Assembly: GCA_032718475.1 (NCBI GenBank)
Contig: JAUCBJ010000963.1
Location: 1-48,072 of the forward strand
DNA length: 48,072 nucleotides
Origin: Nemertoderma westbladi
Lineage: Eukaryota > Animalia > Xenacoelomorpha
Direction of reading: 5' to 3'
Shown: one piece after another, positions 1 through 12,832 of the stretch
Layout: every line of letters begins with the position of its first letter
Position numbering within the stretch: the stretch's first letter is position 1
Translations under genes and position numbers: made by a program
Notes under the pieces: generated by a model
What the model was told of the DNA's origin: nothing
Database searches by the model: none
What the model saw: only the letters and a program-made list of their open reading frames with translations

Positions 1-2641
1 CTGGACGGTCACGGCCCTAAACCGATTAGGTTCTCTGTTCGCAGAACACCGAACACTATTCCGGCCACGGAACTAGTCCAGCAGAATGCCTTTATAGAAT
101 CCTGGGATTTGTGGGACGAGAGGATCTCAGCAACTAAGCGAAAACGAACAATAGGATGTTCCTAGACCCCCCCCCCCCCAAAATTTATCCAGAAGACTTT
201 TCGCCATACATAATGTGTTAAAAAAGTCTACGGTTCTCCGGCTAGGGCCAATTTGAGTCAAAAAGACCACTTCCCTAGCAACCACGTTGCTATGGAGATA
301 GGTCCAGAACCGCTAATGCTACGGACTTGGGACCGGCGCCAATCGATAGGCAGCATATGGGTTTACCTTCAAGAGATTTTTTTTGGAGCGATCAGATCAT
401 GATCTTGACCATGATCAGCAAAGATCAGTTTTGATCAGCAATCGGACACTCAAGGCTTGCTCCAATCGAAAAACTTAACATTACAAAAAGATTCAGCGAC
501 CCCACATTAGTCATGATTCCCGTTAAAAGAAAGGTGAATTCTTCCCGGTCAAAACGCAAGATCATGATCGCGCAAAGATCGGACTTCGTAAAATCGTAAC
601 TAAGCATTTTGGATATAAACAATTACTGTAGGAAACGTTCAGAACACCGCCCTGAGTCGATTAAAAAAAAAATTGGCTCGATCGGACAACCGGTTCTCGA
701 GATCTGATACCTGATCATTAAAGATCAGATTTTTTAGTTTTTTCGGATTTTCTCGAAAACTTTGTTTGAGACCCCCGATTTTTTTTTTACGAATCGACTT
801 CTATGATGAAGGGGCAACTTTTGAGCATTTCGAAATTTTCAAAAAGCGATTTGATCAGGCCGCGATCAGAAAAGATCGTGTTTTCGGTTTTATTTCGAAG
901 ACCAAGTCCTGGGAGTTCACCGTATGGAAAAACTTAACATCACAAAAAGATTCCTCACCCTCGAATTATGGGGGGTAGCCAAAATTTGGGCATAAAAAAG
1001 TTCAAGTCTAGTGGGTCAAAACTCAAGATCATGATCGCGAAAAGATCAGTATATTTAAAATCGAATCTAAGCATTTTTCTAATAAACATTCATTGTAAGA
1101 AATGTGCAATGGTCTATTCTGAGTTGATTAAAAAAAAAATTGGCTCGATCGGGCAACCAGTTCTCGAGATCAGCTTCCTGATCATAAAAGATCGTGTTTT
1201 TCGGTTTTTCCCGATTTTCTCGAAAACTTTGTTTGAGACCCCCGATTTTTTTTTTACTAATCGACTTCTATTAAGAAGGGGCAACTTTTGAGCATTTCAA
1301 AATTTTCAAAAAGCGATTTGATCAGGCCATGATCAGGAAAGATCATGTTTTCGGTTTTATTTCGAAGACCAAGTCCTGTGAGTTCACCGTATGAAAAAAC
1401 TTAACATTACAAAAACATTCCTCACCCTCGAATTAGGGGGGGGGGGTAGCCAAAATTTGACCACAAAAAAATTCAATTCTAGGGGGTCAAAAGATCATGA
1501 TCGCAAAATGATCAGTTTTTTCGTAATTACTTCTGAGCATTTTGGGGCAAAACTTTCAAACTAAAAAACATTCACTGGAGTGTTCTAAGTAGATTAAAAA
1601 ATATTTCGACTCAATAGGCCTACCGGTACCGGAGATATGGTCGTCCAAAGTCTGCTTCCGGTAATTCGAAAATATTTCGAAAACCCTTGATCGAATTTTT
1701 TCCTTGAAAATATGTGAATGTACAGTTAGTGGACCCGCATCTAACGATATATCACAATCCATATTTCGGATGACAGGTACCGGTGAAATCAGACTTTACC
1801 GAAAAAAATTCAAATTTTAGCTACTCATGTCTGACTATCTCGAAAACTATAATAGGTATGGAAATACTTTCACTGCAAGAAATGTTCGCCTATCCAATGC
1901 GCTTCTAACTCTGTGCTCGGATTTTGCATAGTGTCAAAACCTACAACTTAACCCCCCCAGCGGAGGGAACGGAGTGACCGGAGCGCCAGTACTATCTTTC
2001 ATTATTATGAAGTAATAAGGGCGGTGGGTGGGGTAGGTGGTGAACACTATTTATAGGGTGGAGGGAGGGTCTAGTATATATTACTTTAGGATATTTGATT
2101 TCTTTGCAATATAGTTTAGCTGCCTCAGTCTTATTTGTAATATGTTATACATTATACCAAATTATATCAAGTTTTAACATACTACATTGTCTACCTGTAG
2201 GAGAAATATACAATGTAGGGCTCATAATATATTTATAAATAGATTTAGTATATTTACATTGTATAACAGAGTTAATTGATACTATTACGGTATTATACTA
2301 AAGACGCCGCTTTGATATATCTGATCAAATGGCAATTTCTTGTATATTATCTATTTCACTATCTTGGGTATATCATTCAATTTCTAAAACTATAATAATA
2401 AACATTTACTTCACTTCTTGTTTACTCGCATGGATATATTAATATAAAATACGTCAGTATAATATCTTATAGGGCCAAACGCAGATTAATCGGAATAATA
2501 TGTTTAATTATTATTACAATTGGCACATTGAAGTAAGTAGTACATGAGTTTGATAAAATAATTATGAATCTGTATCTTATTCTACTTTGTCTATATGATT
2601 ATGTTATATAATAATGTTACTTTATCACTTTGGTTTAAACC
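1..2641 (+). repeat. Segmental direct repeat, copy 1 (begins before the window)
   Basis: 1-2641 recurs at 6208-8849; the only difference I noticed is one extra C in a poly-C run. ORFs 425/766/968/1556 recur identically at +6208. Confidence 0.95.
650..1510. repeat. Internal ~466-bp diverged tandem repeat (about 2 units) inside the duplicated segment; GATC-rich
   Basis: aaaaaaaattggctcgatcgg at ~663 and ~1131; gagacccccgattttt at 768 and 1234. Confidence 0.8.
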
Positions 2642-3052
2642 ATAGCCTACTATATTACAGGCCGTGCCAACGTGCAGGTACGATTCTGACTTGGCGGCCG
2701 ACCTGTAATAACCTACCTATACTATTAGTGGTGGTGTCATCATCACAAAACCTGATAACTAAGCACTAAATACTTTTTCCGTAGGATGCATGCATACGTT
2801 ATGAAACTTTAATTAAACTTTATGTCATTGATTACAGTTTGTCTGTTAATCTGCTGGATTATAATTAATTGAAATTGGTCTTATTTAAAAATCACATCCA
2901 TTGCTTCCCTAGAATAAAAATTTATTATGAATTTTCATTGTTAAGCAGCACTTGAAATTTAGGGTGATAACTTTACACTTATGGTATTACTTTATACTTA
3001 GCCTGATAACTTCACACTTAATGTAATTAACTTTACTGTATGGCAATAAATA

Positions 3053-3162
3053 AAACATATCATTTTAGCACAACTTGATTGCTTTAATTGAAAAACATAT
3101 CATTAGCACAACTTGATTGCTTTAATTGAAAAACATATCATTAGCACAACTTGATTGCTTTA
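3053..3162. repeat. ~37-bp tandem repeat x3 inside the P element
   Basis: aaaacatatcattagcacaacttgattgctttaattg repeated. Confidence 0.85.
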
Positions 3163-3189
3163 TTTGATGTTTCATTAGAGCTTGTAGGG

Positions 3190-4608
3190 GTGACTAATAC
3201 ACTAATTATTAAGAAATATGTTGCAGTCTGGTACAGCACACCTTTGGCACGACTTGGGCGAAATAACTATCCGCAATTGTTTCAAAAATATTGGTTAAAC
3301 TAAAACGAAATAGTATGTGCTTGTTTAAACTAATAAACACGATGTGACTTTGTGTCGAAGGCCAACTCGTCAACCTCAAGGGCTGACAAGGAATCGAATA
3401 CTGCAGCGTCCTCTTCGTTTAGCATGAAAGCACAGTTATCACATGTATGAGCTCCGCTAGTTGATTGAAAATCTAGAAAATCTTGATCCAATGCAGTTAT
3501 TAATTTGGTCTTTTGTATAGAGTGATATTGCATTGCCTGGACTGCAGATATGAAATAAGTACCGCCTGCTGACTGTCGGATCCGTCCAAACGCCTTTTCC
3601 AGGGGATCGGTGGTAAACTGACCGGGGAGTACATATTAAAAACTATTGTTGAGACAATGGCGAATCAAATGTACAATGCCAAAAAATTCAGCCACGAAAT
3701 GTATGAGAGATGGCCTTAGCAGTATCAATAGTAAAAGTATGACAGCGAAGGTTGCCATTTTTGCAATCCATTGAGTCGATTTGGTTAGCCAGCATCAGTA
3801 ACTCGTAGAGTCGTGGGTCATTTGAGTCTTTAAATGGTTGGCGCAGTGGGTCGTTTAAGTGCTGGTCCTCACTGCGACTGCGAATGTTAAGTATCTTAAA
3901 TGCGTGAACGAACGCCTCAATGAAAGTTGCGGTTTCTTTATCATCAGTGGGATCAACCTGAGTACGAAGAGCAACAACAGTTTCATCACAAAAGACACGG
4001 AGCATAGCAGAAACATCCTGTCTTTCAATATAATTTGCGATGTCTTTATCTTCATCATAAATTTTGGCGACGAACCGATAAGTTCAGACGATTGCAATAT
4101 AGTCGTCATATTGTTCCCATTACATCCATCAGCATCATTGCACTCATAGACGATAAGATTTTGGAAACAGTTAAGTTTATCAGCAGCTGTTGAGCGAATT
4201 AATCCATAAGTCACAATATCCCCATGCAGAAACTGGGGTAACTCGTCCGGCTCCGGCTGTAATGATCGCATAGATGCAACGAGTTTACGGTTGCGGGGAC
4301 AGTTGTTAGCGTGGGTGGGCGTGGGCGTAACTTGGAGCGATGTTTGGCCACACAAACGGTGGATCTGCTGGAATCATTTTAATTAAGCGATAAGCACGGC
4401 GCTTTTCATAGTTTTCAGGCCAGTGGAGTTCACAAACAACGGTTTGTATAGACACATGCAAATTAGCACGCACTTTTGATAATACGGAAATCCATGACGA
4501 TCTACAGGGCTCCTCCCCTGGAATACGGAAAACGCTGCATGGTGTGGCGTTTTTATAGTTTGACCGACACTCTGGCGCGCAGCACTTCCGAGGCATATCG
4601 TTATCCAA
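3190..4608 (-). pseudogene. P-element (THAP9-like) transposase, frameshifted with a large internal deletion
   Basis: THAP C2CH domain (CCAPEC...FRIP...W...VCELHW) in 4306-4608; ERQDVSAMLRVFCDETV and ETATFIEAFVHAFKILN near 3688-4020; catalytic-Glu motif YVLPGQFTTDPLEKAFGRIRQSAGG at ~3560-3635. Confidence 0.88.
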
Positions 4609-4902
4609 GCACCAAGTAGGCCTAATACCGGTAGACTTAGGCCTATAGTATTAATTGGTAGTTTTAATTAGTTCTAAATTTTAGCGCCGGCCAGCCGGCG
4701 CAGCACATCTTTGCGATGGCTTCCGCTTCCGACGCCGGTCGTAATGCTGCGTCGAAGAATTTCGGCGCAAAGGCACAAGTAGCCTAAAACTTCTCAAAAG
4801 GGAGTACCAGTACAGTACATGATACAAGTAAGACACGGAACACACCTAGGTCTGTAGGTATCAGGTATGTAGTGTAGGCTCGATTGCTGAATTCAGGTAT
4901 TG

Positions 4903-5317
4903 CAGTTAGGAACACTGGTCACTTTCTGGCTGAAGCTCAGCCAAAAATTGTCCACATATTTACAGCCAGAAAGTGTCCGTGCAGCCACTATTTGTCCTTC
5001 ACAGGCTGCGATTATATTTCCGGACATATTTTGGCTGTAACTCCAATAGTACTCAAAGCAGAAGCTGGGCATATTTTTATTTTTAATATTATGATAAGTT
5101 ATCCCAACGATGAGATTCTAATTCTCAAATTGATTTATACAGAATTTTATGACGATTCTAATGGCATAATTTTTAGAATGCCAATGTTAAAATTTCACTG
5201 CCGGTTTTCAAATGAAATTTAGCATTGTTTTCTATGGAGAAATTTCACTCTGAGAGCGTTTTCCGCGGACACATTCTGGCTGTAAATTGGACATATTGTG
5301 ACCAGTGTTCCTGACTG
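4903..5317. mobile_element. MITE nested in the P element, 5-bp TSD TATTG
   Basis: TIR cagttaggaacactggtcac / gtgaccagtgttcctgactg; TATTG at 4898-4902 and 5318-5322. Confidence 0.75.
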
Positions 5318-5539
5318 TATTGCTGTCTGGCTGTAGGCCTACTGGCTGATTGCGGAGTCTGGTTCCAAGTCCAACTCGGCCGCCAAGTCAGAATTGTATC
5401 TGCACGTTGGCAAGGCCTGTAATATAGTAGGCTATTTTTCAAAAAAAAAAATTGGACTTCTGGATGTCTCTCACAAAAAAACCGCTTTATCTAATACTAT
5501 TTAATTTAATTTGAATATATTTATAAAAACCTTTAAAAA

Positions 5540-5960
5540 GGATTGTCCCATGCAATACAATATTCCATTGGAGCCACTAAAATTCAAAATGACCTCTATT
5601 GGACACTGTTCATAAAGGGCCACCCAAAAATGAAATGGCTCTTACAAGACATTGTCCATTAGAGCCACTTAAATATGAAATATATTTCATATATATTAGG
5701 CAATTTCCCTTAAAGCCATTCAAATCTGAAATGGCCCATATTGGATAGTGTCGCTTGGAGCCACTCAACTATAATGTGGCCCGATATTAGCCAATTTGTA
5801 TCAACCGCCTTTGAAAGGGCAATGGCCCATGCAAGACCATGTTCCATTTGAGCCAAAAGTTCGAAATGGCCTTAATTAGTCACTGTTCATAAAGGGCCAC
5901 TAAAAAATATAATGGTTCTTACAAGACAATGTCCCCTTGGAGCCACCCAAATGACAAATA
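5540..5960. repeat. Degenerate ~46-bp minisatellite
   Basis: Recurrent (g/a)(a/g)gccac...aaatggc motif; cactgttcataaagggccac at ~5604 and 5881. Confidence 0.6.
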
Positions 5961-6207
5961 TTATTTAGATTATCTAATAATAAAAAAAATTAAATGTTTT
6001 TTACAATATATTTTGTTACATTATGTCAACTTAACAGCGTTCTGGTGAATTACTCATAACGCTGCAAAGTACTACTTTGCAGCGTTGCGGCCTATAGGAC
6101 GGAACGTTGCAACACAACTTCAATTACCGTATTCCAGAATGTATTATTTCCATTTATGTTTAATGATTGCAGCTTTATTATCCAATTTGCAGTGACGGGA
6201 CTAGCTA

Positions 6208-8849
6208 CTGGACGGTCACGGCCCTAAACCGATTAGGTTCTCTGTTCGCAGAACACCGAACACTATTCCGGCCACGGAACTAGTCCAGCAGAATGCCTTT
6301 ATAGAATCCTGGGATTTGTGGGACGAGAGGATCTCAGCAACTAAGCGAAAACGAACAATAGGATGTTCCTAGACCCCCCCCCCCCCCAAAATTTATCCAG
6401 AAGACTTTTCGCCATACATAATGTGTTAAAAAAGTCTACGGTTCTCCGGCTAGGGCCAATTTGAGTCAAAAAGACCACTTCCCTAGCAACCACGTTGCTA
6501 TGGAGATAGGTCCAGAACCGCTAATGCTACGGACTTGGGACCGGCGCCAATCGATAGGCAGCATATGGGTTTACCTTCAAGAGATTTTTTTTGGAGCGAT
6601 CAGATCATGATCTTGACCATGATCAGCAAAGATCAGTTTTGATCAGCAATCGGACACTCAAGGCTTGCTCCAATCGAAAAACTTAACATTACAAAAAGAT
6701 TCAGCGACCCCACATTAGTCATGATTCCCGTTAAAAGAAAGGTGAATTCTTCCCGGTCAAAACGCAAGATCATGATCGCGCAAAGATCGGACTTCGTAAA
6801 ATCGTAACTAAGCATTTTGGATATAAACAATTACTGTAGGAAACGTTCAGAACACCGCCCTGAGTCGATTAAAAAAAAAATTGGCTCGATCGGACAACCG
6901 GTTCTCGAGATCTGATACCTGATCATTAAAGATCAGATTTTTTAGTTTTTTCGGATTTTCTCGAAAACTTTGTTTGAGACCCCCGATTTTTTTTTTACGA
7001 ATCGACTTCTATGATGAAGGGGCAACTTTTGAGCATTTCGAAATTTTCAAAAAGCGATTTGATCAGGCCGCGATCAGAAAAGATCGTGTTTTCGGTTTTA
7101 TTTCGAAGACCAAGTCCTGGGAGTTCACCGTATGGAAAAACTTAACATCACAAAAAGATTCCTCACCCTCGAATTATGGGGGGTAGCCAAAATTTGGGCA
7201 TAAAAAAGTTCAAGTCTAGTGGGTCAAAACTCAAGATCATGATCGCGAAAAGATCAGTATATTTAAAATCGAATCTAAGCATTTTTCTAATAAACATTCA
7301 TTGTAAGAAATGTGCAATGGTCTATTCTGAGTTGATTAAAAAAAAAATTGGCTCGATCGGGCAACCAGTTCTCGAGATCAGCTTCCTGATCATAAAAGAT
7401 CGTGTTTTTCGGTTTTTCCCGATTTTCTCGAAAACTTTGTTTGAGACCCCCGATTTTTTTTTTACTAATCGACTTCTATTAAGAAGGGGCAACTTTTGAG
7501 CATTTCAAAATTTTCAAAAAGCGATTTGATCAGGCCATGATCAGGAAAGATCATGTTTTCGGTTTTATTTCGAAGACCAAGTCCTGTGAGTTCACCGTAT
7601 GAAAAAACTTAACATTACAAAAACATTCCTCACCCTCGAATTAGGGGGGGGGGGTAGCCAAAATTTGACCACAAAAAAATTCAATTCTAGGGGGTCAAAA
7701 GATCATGATCGCAAAATGATCAGTTTTTTCGTAATTACTTCTGAGCATTTTGGGGCAAAACTTTCAAACTAAAAAACATTCACTGGAGTGTTCTAAGTAG
7801 ATTAAAAAATATTTCGACTCAATAGGCCTACCGGTACCGGAGATATGGTCGTCCAAAGTCTGCTTCCGGTAATTCGAAAATATTTCGAAAACCCTTGATC
7901 GAATTTTTTCCTTGAAAATATGTGAATGTACAGTTAGTGGACCCGCATCTAACGATATATCACAATCCATATTTCGGATGACAGGTACCGGTGAAATCAG
8001 ACTTTACCGAAAAAAATTCAAATTTTAGCTACTCATGTCTGACTATCTCGAAAACTATAATAGGTATGGAAATACTTTCACTGCAAGAAATGTTCGCCTA
8101 TCCAATGCGCTTCTAACTCTGTGCTCGGATTTTGCATAGTGTCAAAACCTACAACTTAACCCCCCCAGCGGAGGGAACGGAGTGACCGGAGCGCCAGTAC
8201 TATCTTTCATTATTATGAAGTAATAAGGGCGGTGGGTGGGGTAGGTGGTGAACACTATTTATAGGGTGGAGGGAGGGTCTAGTATATATTACTTTAGGAT
8301 ATTTGATTTCTTTGCAATATAGTTTAGCTGCCTCAGTCTTATTTGTAATATGTTATACATTATACCAAATTATATCAAGTTTTAACATACTACATTGTCT
8401 ACCTGTAGGAGAAATATACAATGTAGGGCTCATAATATATTTATAAATAGATTTAGTATATTTACATTGTATAACAGAGTTAATTGATACTATTACGGTA
8501 TTATACTAAAGACGCCGCTTTGATATATCTGATCAAATGGCAATTTCTTGTATATTATCTATTTCACTATCTTGGGTATATCATTCAATTTCTAAAACTA
8601 TAATAATAAACATTTACTTCACTTCTTGTTTACTCGCATGGATATATTAATATAAAATACGTCAGTATAATATCTTATAGGGCCAAACGCAGATTAATCG
8701 GAATAATATGTTTAATTATTATTACAATTGGCACATTGAAGTAAGTAGTACATGAGTTTGATAAAATAATTATGAATCTGTATCTTATTCTACTTTGTCT
8801 ATATGATTATGTTATATAATAATGTTACTTTATCACTTTGGTTTAAACC
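6208..8849 (+). repeat. Segmental direct repeat, copy 2
   Basis: Matches 1-2641; diverges after ggtttaaacc, where copy 1 enters the P element TIR. Confidence 0.95.
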
Positions 8850-8857
8850 GATCTCCT

Positions 8858-8927
8858 TTACTATTACTTACTACTTATACTACTACTACTACTACTACTA
8901 TTACTACTACTGCTACTGACTACTACA
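8858..8927. repeat. (TAC)n microsatellite
   Basis: Direct reading. Confidence 0.85.
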
Positions 8928-10574
8928 GAGTTATATATTATAAGAGGATGGGGTTCGTGATTATTAGTTATTATACAAGTGCCCCTCGGCTATAGAGAGT
9001 CCACCCTCGGTTGCTTACTGGATGTAAATAATTGTTTAACATGTACTGTAATCCATTATGGCGAAACGTCAAATAGAAGACACTAAATTAACCAAAGAAA
9101 GTGACGACAGTGTTCAGTAAAACTGAACGGACACAGACGGTGAATAAGTTTGCTTCAGTCGACTATAGTCAAGATGGATTAATGATTTATCACATCCAAG
9201 CAGGAGATAACTTCCAATAAACTTTAATTAGATTTAAATGTATAATTAATACTGTGTACCAGTGTACCTGTTAATAAATTTCACTTATATTCGATATAGT
9301 ACATGATTAAAATGTATAAATGAACAACCATAAAATCCTTTCTTCACAAACCGAACGCTGATAAGTTGACATAATGTAACAAAATTACATACATCATTGC
9401 TTGCAAAGGTCACTTTTCAGCGTTAAAGACCCTTGTTTATTGATGTAAATCTCCCTCGCTGCCCTCGCTCGGTACATAAATAAACTCGGGTCATAAAGCT
9501 GCAAAGTGCTACTTTGCACACAATGATGTAAATAGTTATTAGATTTAATTAATACGGGATAAAATTCACATTATATTTAATAGGCCTATAGATAATTGTT
9601 ACATTAGGGTAAGAGGCAAAACGTCTACATTTATGTCTCCAATATATGAATTACTGGTGGGGGATGGAATTCGTAGGGGTCGTAAGATGTATTTAGGCTA
9701 GTCTATAAACTAATCCCCCACCAATGACAAAATGTTAATAATGAAGTGTATAGTACGCGAAATAGTGATAAGTGATCCTTCCTAGAGGTACCGAACGGTC
9801 ATACATTATTTCTTAAAAAAGCACAAATTTTAATCGCTTGTCAGTGAGAATTTATTAAAACCTGTTGTTATTTACAGTATTGTTATTTACAATTTAACAT
9901 ATTTTGTTTGCACAAGTTTCGATCTTCAAACGGCTGAGACATCCAAATAGTGGCGCAAATTGACCATTAGTGAAAAGGTATTGTTTATTTATTGTTTTGG
10001 GTAGAAAACACCGCCACTAATGTTTGAAATTTAAATAAATTAATTTTTTAAATCATCTAAAAAACACATATTTTGTGTTTCCGGTCACTTTGCGCCATTA
10101 ACTCGAGAAATCACATCCGCGTTTTTGACTGTCGGTCATAAGTGATAATAATTATCTATAACGAAAGACCTAAAATCGTCTAAAAACTACTTATTGTACA
10201 ACTCATAATCAGAAATTACACAAAAAGTGAATTGTATGCGTTATTGTAGATATATATATTTTTTAAAATATCTGCAAAGGCATTTTTGGCTGTAGAATTA
10301 AATTGATAATAAATACTATTGTTTACCGCTAGGGGTGCAAGTTAAATTCATAAGAACTAAAGGCAATTTCCTTGTAATTGTTTATTTTGGGCCATTATGC
10401 CTAGATTGGGCCATTTTGTTCTAGGTGGGCCATATTTGCCCTAAGAGGACGTGTACCTTTTGGGCCATCGTAGTAGGATTAGGGCCATTGCTCCAAGCCC
10501 AAGGCCATTTAAGGGCCATTGGACCTTTAAAAGGTGGCCCTAATAGTGGGAAAGCTTATATATATATATATATC

Positions 10575-11375
10575 TACAGGCTGTCCTGGTATAGAGTGTC
10601 TTTATTCAGGTACCTGGACCCCCAAATTGTTCTACATGAATATGGTTAATGAGATTGCATGAAATTTAAACACTGTAGTTTCACCGCCCTCCTTCTTTCT
10701 GGGGAGCCAACATTTTTATTTTTGCTTTCATTCTTTAGCTACAAGCGTTTGAAACAGGTGTCTCCGGAACCGCAGTTATTCTTTAAATCTTCAACCGTAT
10801 AGTGATTTGTTGGTACCAATTGAAAGCTGGTCATGCAAGGATTCCAAATATATGTAAGATCTGAATTTTGTTGAAAAACAGCTGCGATCTGAGCGTTCAA
10901 AAGTTGCTGTTGCAAAGGTTCTGCTCTTGGGTGAGGTTATTTTATTCTATTTCATAAATACACCACATTCTGGACATTTTGTTTATGTATGAATAGCTAC
11001 ATAATAGTATGATTAAAAAGGCATTGCATTGTTTCCCAGCTACGTTTGAGATAATAAACGAAATGTTTCAGAATATGGTATATTTATTAAATAAAATAAA
11101 GGGCCTGCATAGGAAGCAAACAAATTCAAATTTCGAATGTGCATATCTCACTATTTCCAAACCAAATGCAAATATTTTTACATATTTGGAATCATGGCCA
11201 GCTTGCCATTGGTACCAACAAATCACTATTAGGTTGATGAATAACTGAAGTGTAACTGGTAAAATATCCCCGGAGAAACCTTGTTCAAATGCTTGTAGCT
11301 AAAGAGTGCAAGCAAAAATGAGAATTCTAGAGGAGGGAGATGAATCTATCTCTGTTTCAAATTTCATGCAATTTC
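10575..11375. mobile_element. Foldback/MITE with long imperfect inverted arms
   Basis: tttagctacaagcgtttgaaac (~10734) vs gttcaaatgcttgtagctaaag (~11283); gtgatttgttggtaccaat vs attggtaccaacaaatcac; related sequence at ~41720-41797. Confidence 0.65.
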
Positions 11376-11383
11376 CTTCAGAT

Positions 11384-11552
11384 TACGGTATACGGTGTTC
11401 TGGTATACGGTATTCTGGTATACGGTATTCTGGTATACGGTATTCTGGTATACGGTATTCTGGTATACGGTATTCTGGTATACGGTATTCTGGTATACGG
11501 TATTCTGGTATACGGTATACGGTATAGCCCGGTCGGTGTACGGATTCTGGTA
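11384..11552. repeat. 15-bp minisatellite (TGGTATACGGTATTC)n
   Basis: About 10 near-perfect copies; explains the repetitive ORFs 11306/11340/11395. Confidence 0.95.
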
Positions 11553-12832
11553 TAGCTTGACTTTGTATCTACCCTATTACCCCAATATTACTAATGAGTC
11601 ATTTGAATGAACTTAACATTTTTATCTTAACATATTTACATCATATTTATCATTGTCTGATGATAATGCTATGTAATTTAATTCAAGCTACTGGTATATA
11701 ACAGGACGACTTCTTACATTGTATACATTATGCCTAATTGCACATCATATCGTATAGACAAACAGAAAAGTGTGATAACACTGTACAGTGTAATGGAATT
11801 ATATTTTACTGATAACATCATTACATCTACGCCCCTGAATGCTGATAAAACAAAAATTGAATAAACAAATAAAATTGCAGAGTCCAAAACCAAGAAACCA
11901 ATAGTGTGTTTATTCATTGTATTTAGGCATACTTTGCTATTTGCTAGAGATTAGAATTAAAATGTAAATCAACATTTGTATAGTACCGGTAATGAAATTA
12001 AATGCAATGAATTATAAATTACCTGTATCTAATGAATTATCTGTAACACTGTATAAAAAATTTCTCAAATTATAATAACATAAATATTGATTGTAATTTA
12101 AAAATGACATCAGATGTCAGAAAAGGATTTCTTATCTTAGGTAAGTGTCAGAAAAAATACCTGCATTAAATTACCTGGTCGCATGTCAATAAATACGCCG
12201 AAGCTAGCTAAAGCGAAGATGAGTAGATCAACAATTGAAAATAAGCAGAAGATGAATTTTTCACCGTATATGCCGTGGCATATGCAATTATACCTATATT
12301 ATATGTTAAATTACCATATCAAAACTCCACACCAACCATTTTTTTTTCTGATATCCCATTTTTTTTGGAAACCTGAATTTTTCTCAGGTAACAGGAATAA
12401 ATTTTCCCCAAAAATTGTTGTGACTATTAGTAGGATTGTTATTGTTAAAGACAGGTTTTAATGCAATGACAAACATAGACTCACGTCTGACTCAGGTCAC
12501 GACTGCCCTTCTATATAGTACAACGTTTTTTCCAGAACAATGGGATAATGTTTTCTATTTAATAATTTTAATATATATTTCCCTAATTTTAATATATATT
12601 TCCCATTTATTCTTCTGATTTAATAAATCATAAACTAAAATAAATAGACCAAGCCTAAATATATTATATATATGAAATCTTTGTTAACTACAGGTGGAAA
12701 TATTTATTGTCATCCGTTGCTTAATAATATGAACAGACATAGGTTATTAGGTGGTTGTATAACTTAATATTATCTTACTATCATGCGTTATCATTATTCC
12801 AAAGTGTCAATATTTTTTTATTTAATTTGGGA

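Larger units (their letters stand above)
2641..5436 (-). mobile_element. P-element superfamily DNA transposon, internally deleted (non-autonomous)
   Basis: 60-bp TIRs 2642-2701 and 5376-5435 (3 mismatches), left end begins CATAG; contains THAP and P-transposase remnants; no intact 8-bp TSD. Confidence 0.9.

Noticed and set aside
425-1762. Short ORFs in the duplicated segment (and copies at 6633-7970) as genes
   Set aside because: No domain motifs; they lie in an internally repetitive, homopolymer-rich repeat, and recur only because the DNA is duplicated.
4884-5222. 112-aa ORF as a P-element accessory gene
   Set aside because: Falls within the nested MITE and has no recognisable motif.
11306-11610. 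Repetitive proteins (GIRYS)n, (VYGIL)n, (FWYTV)n
   Set aside because: Three-frame translations of a 15-bp minisatellite.
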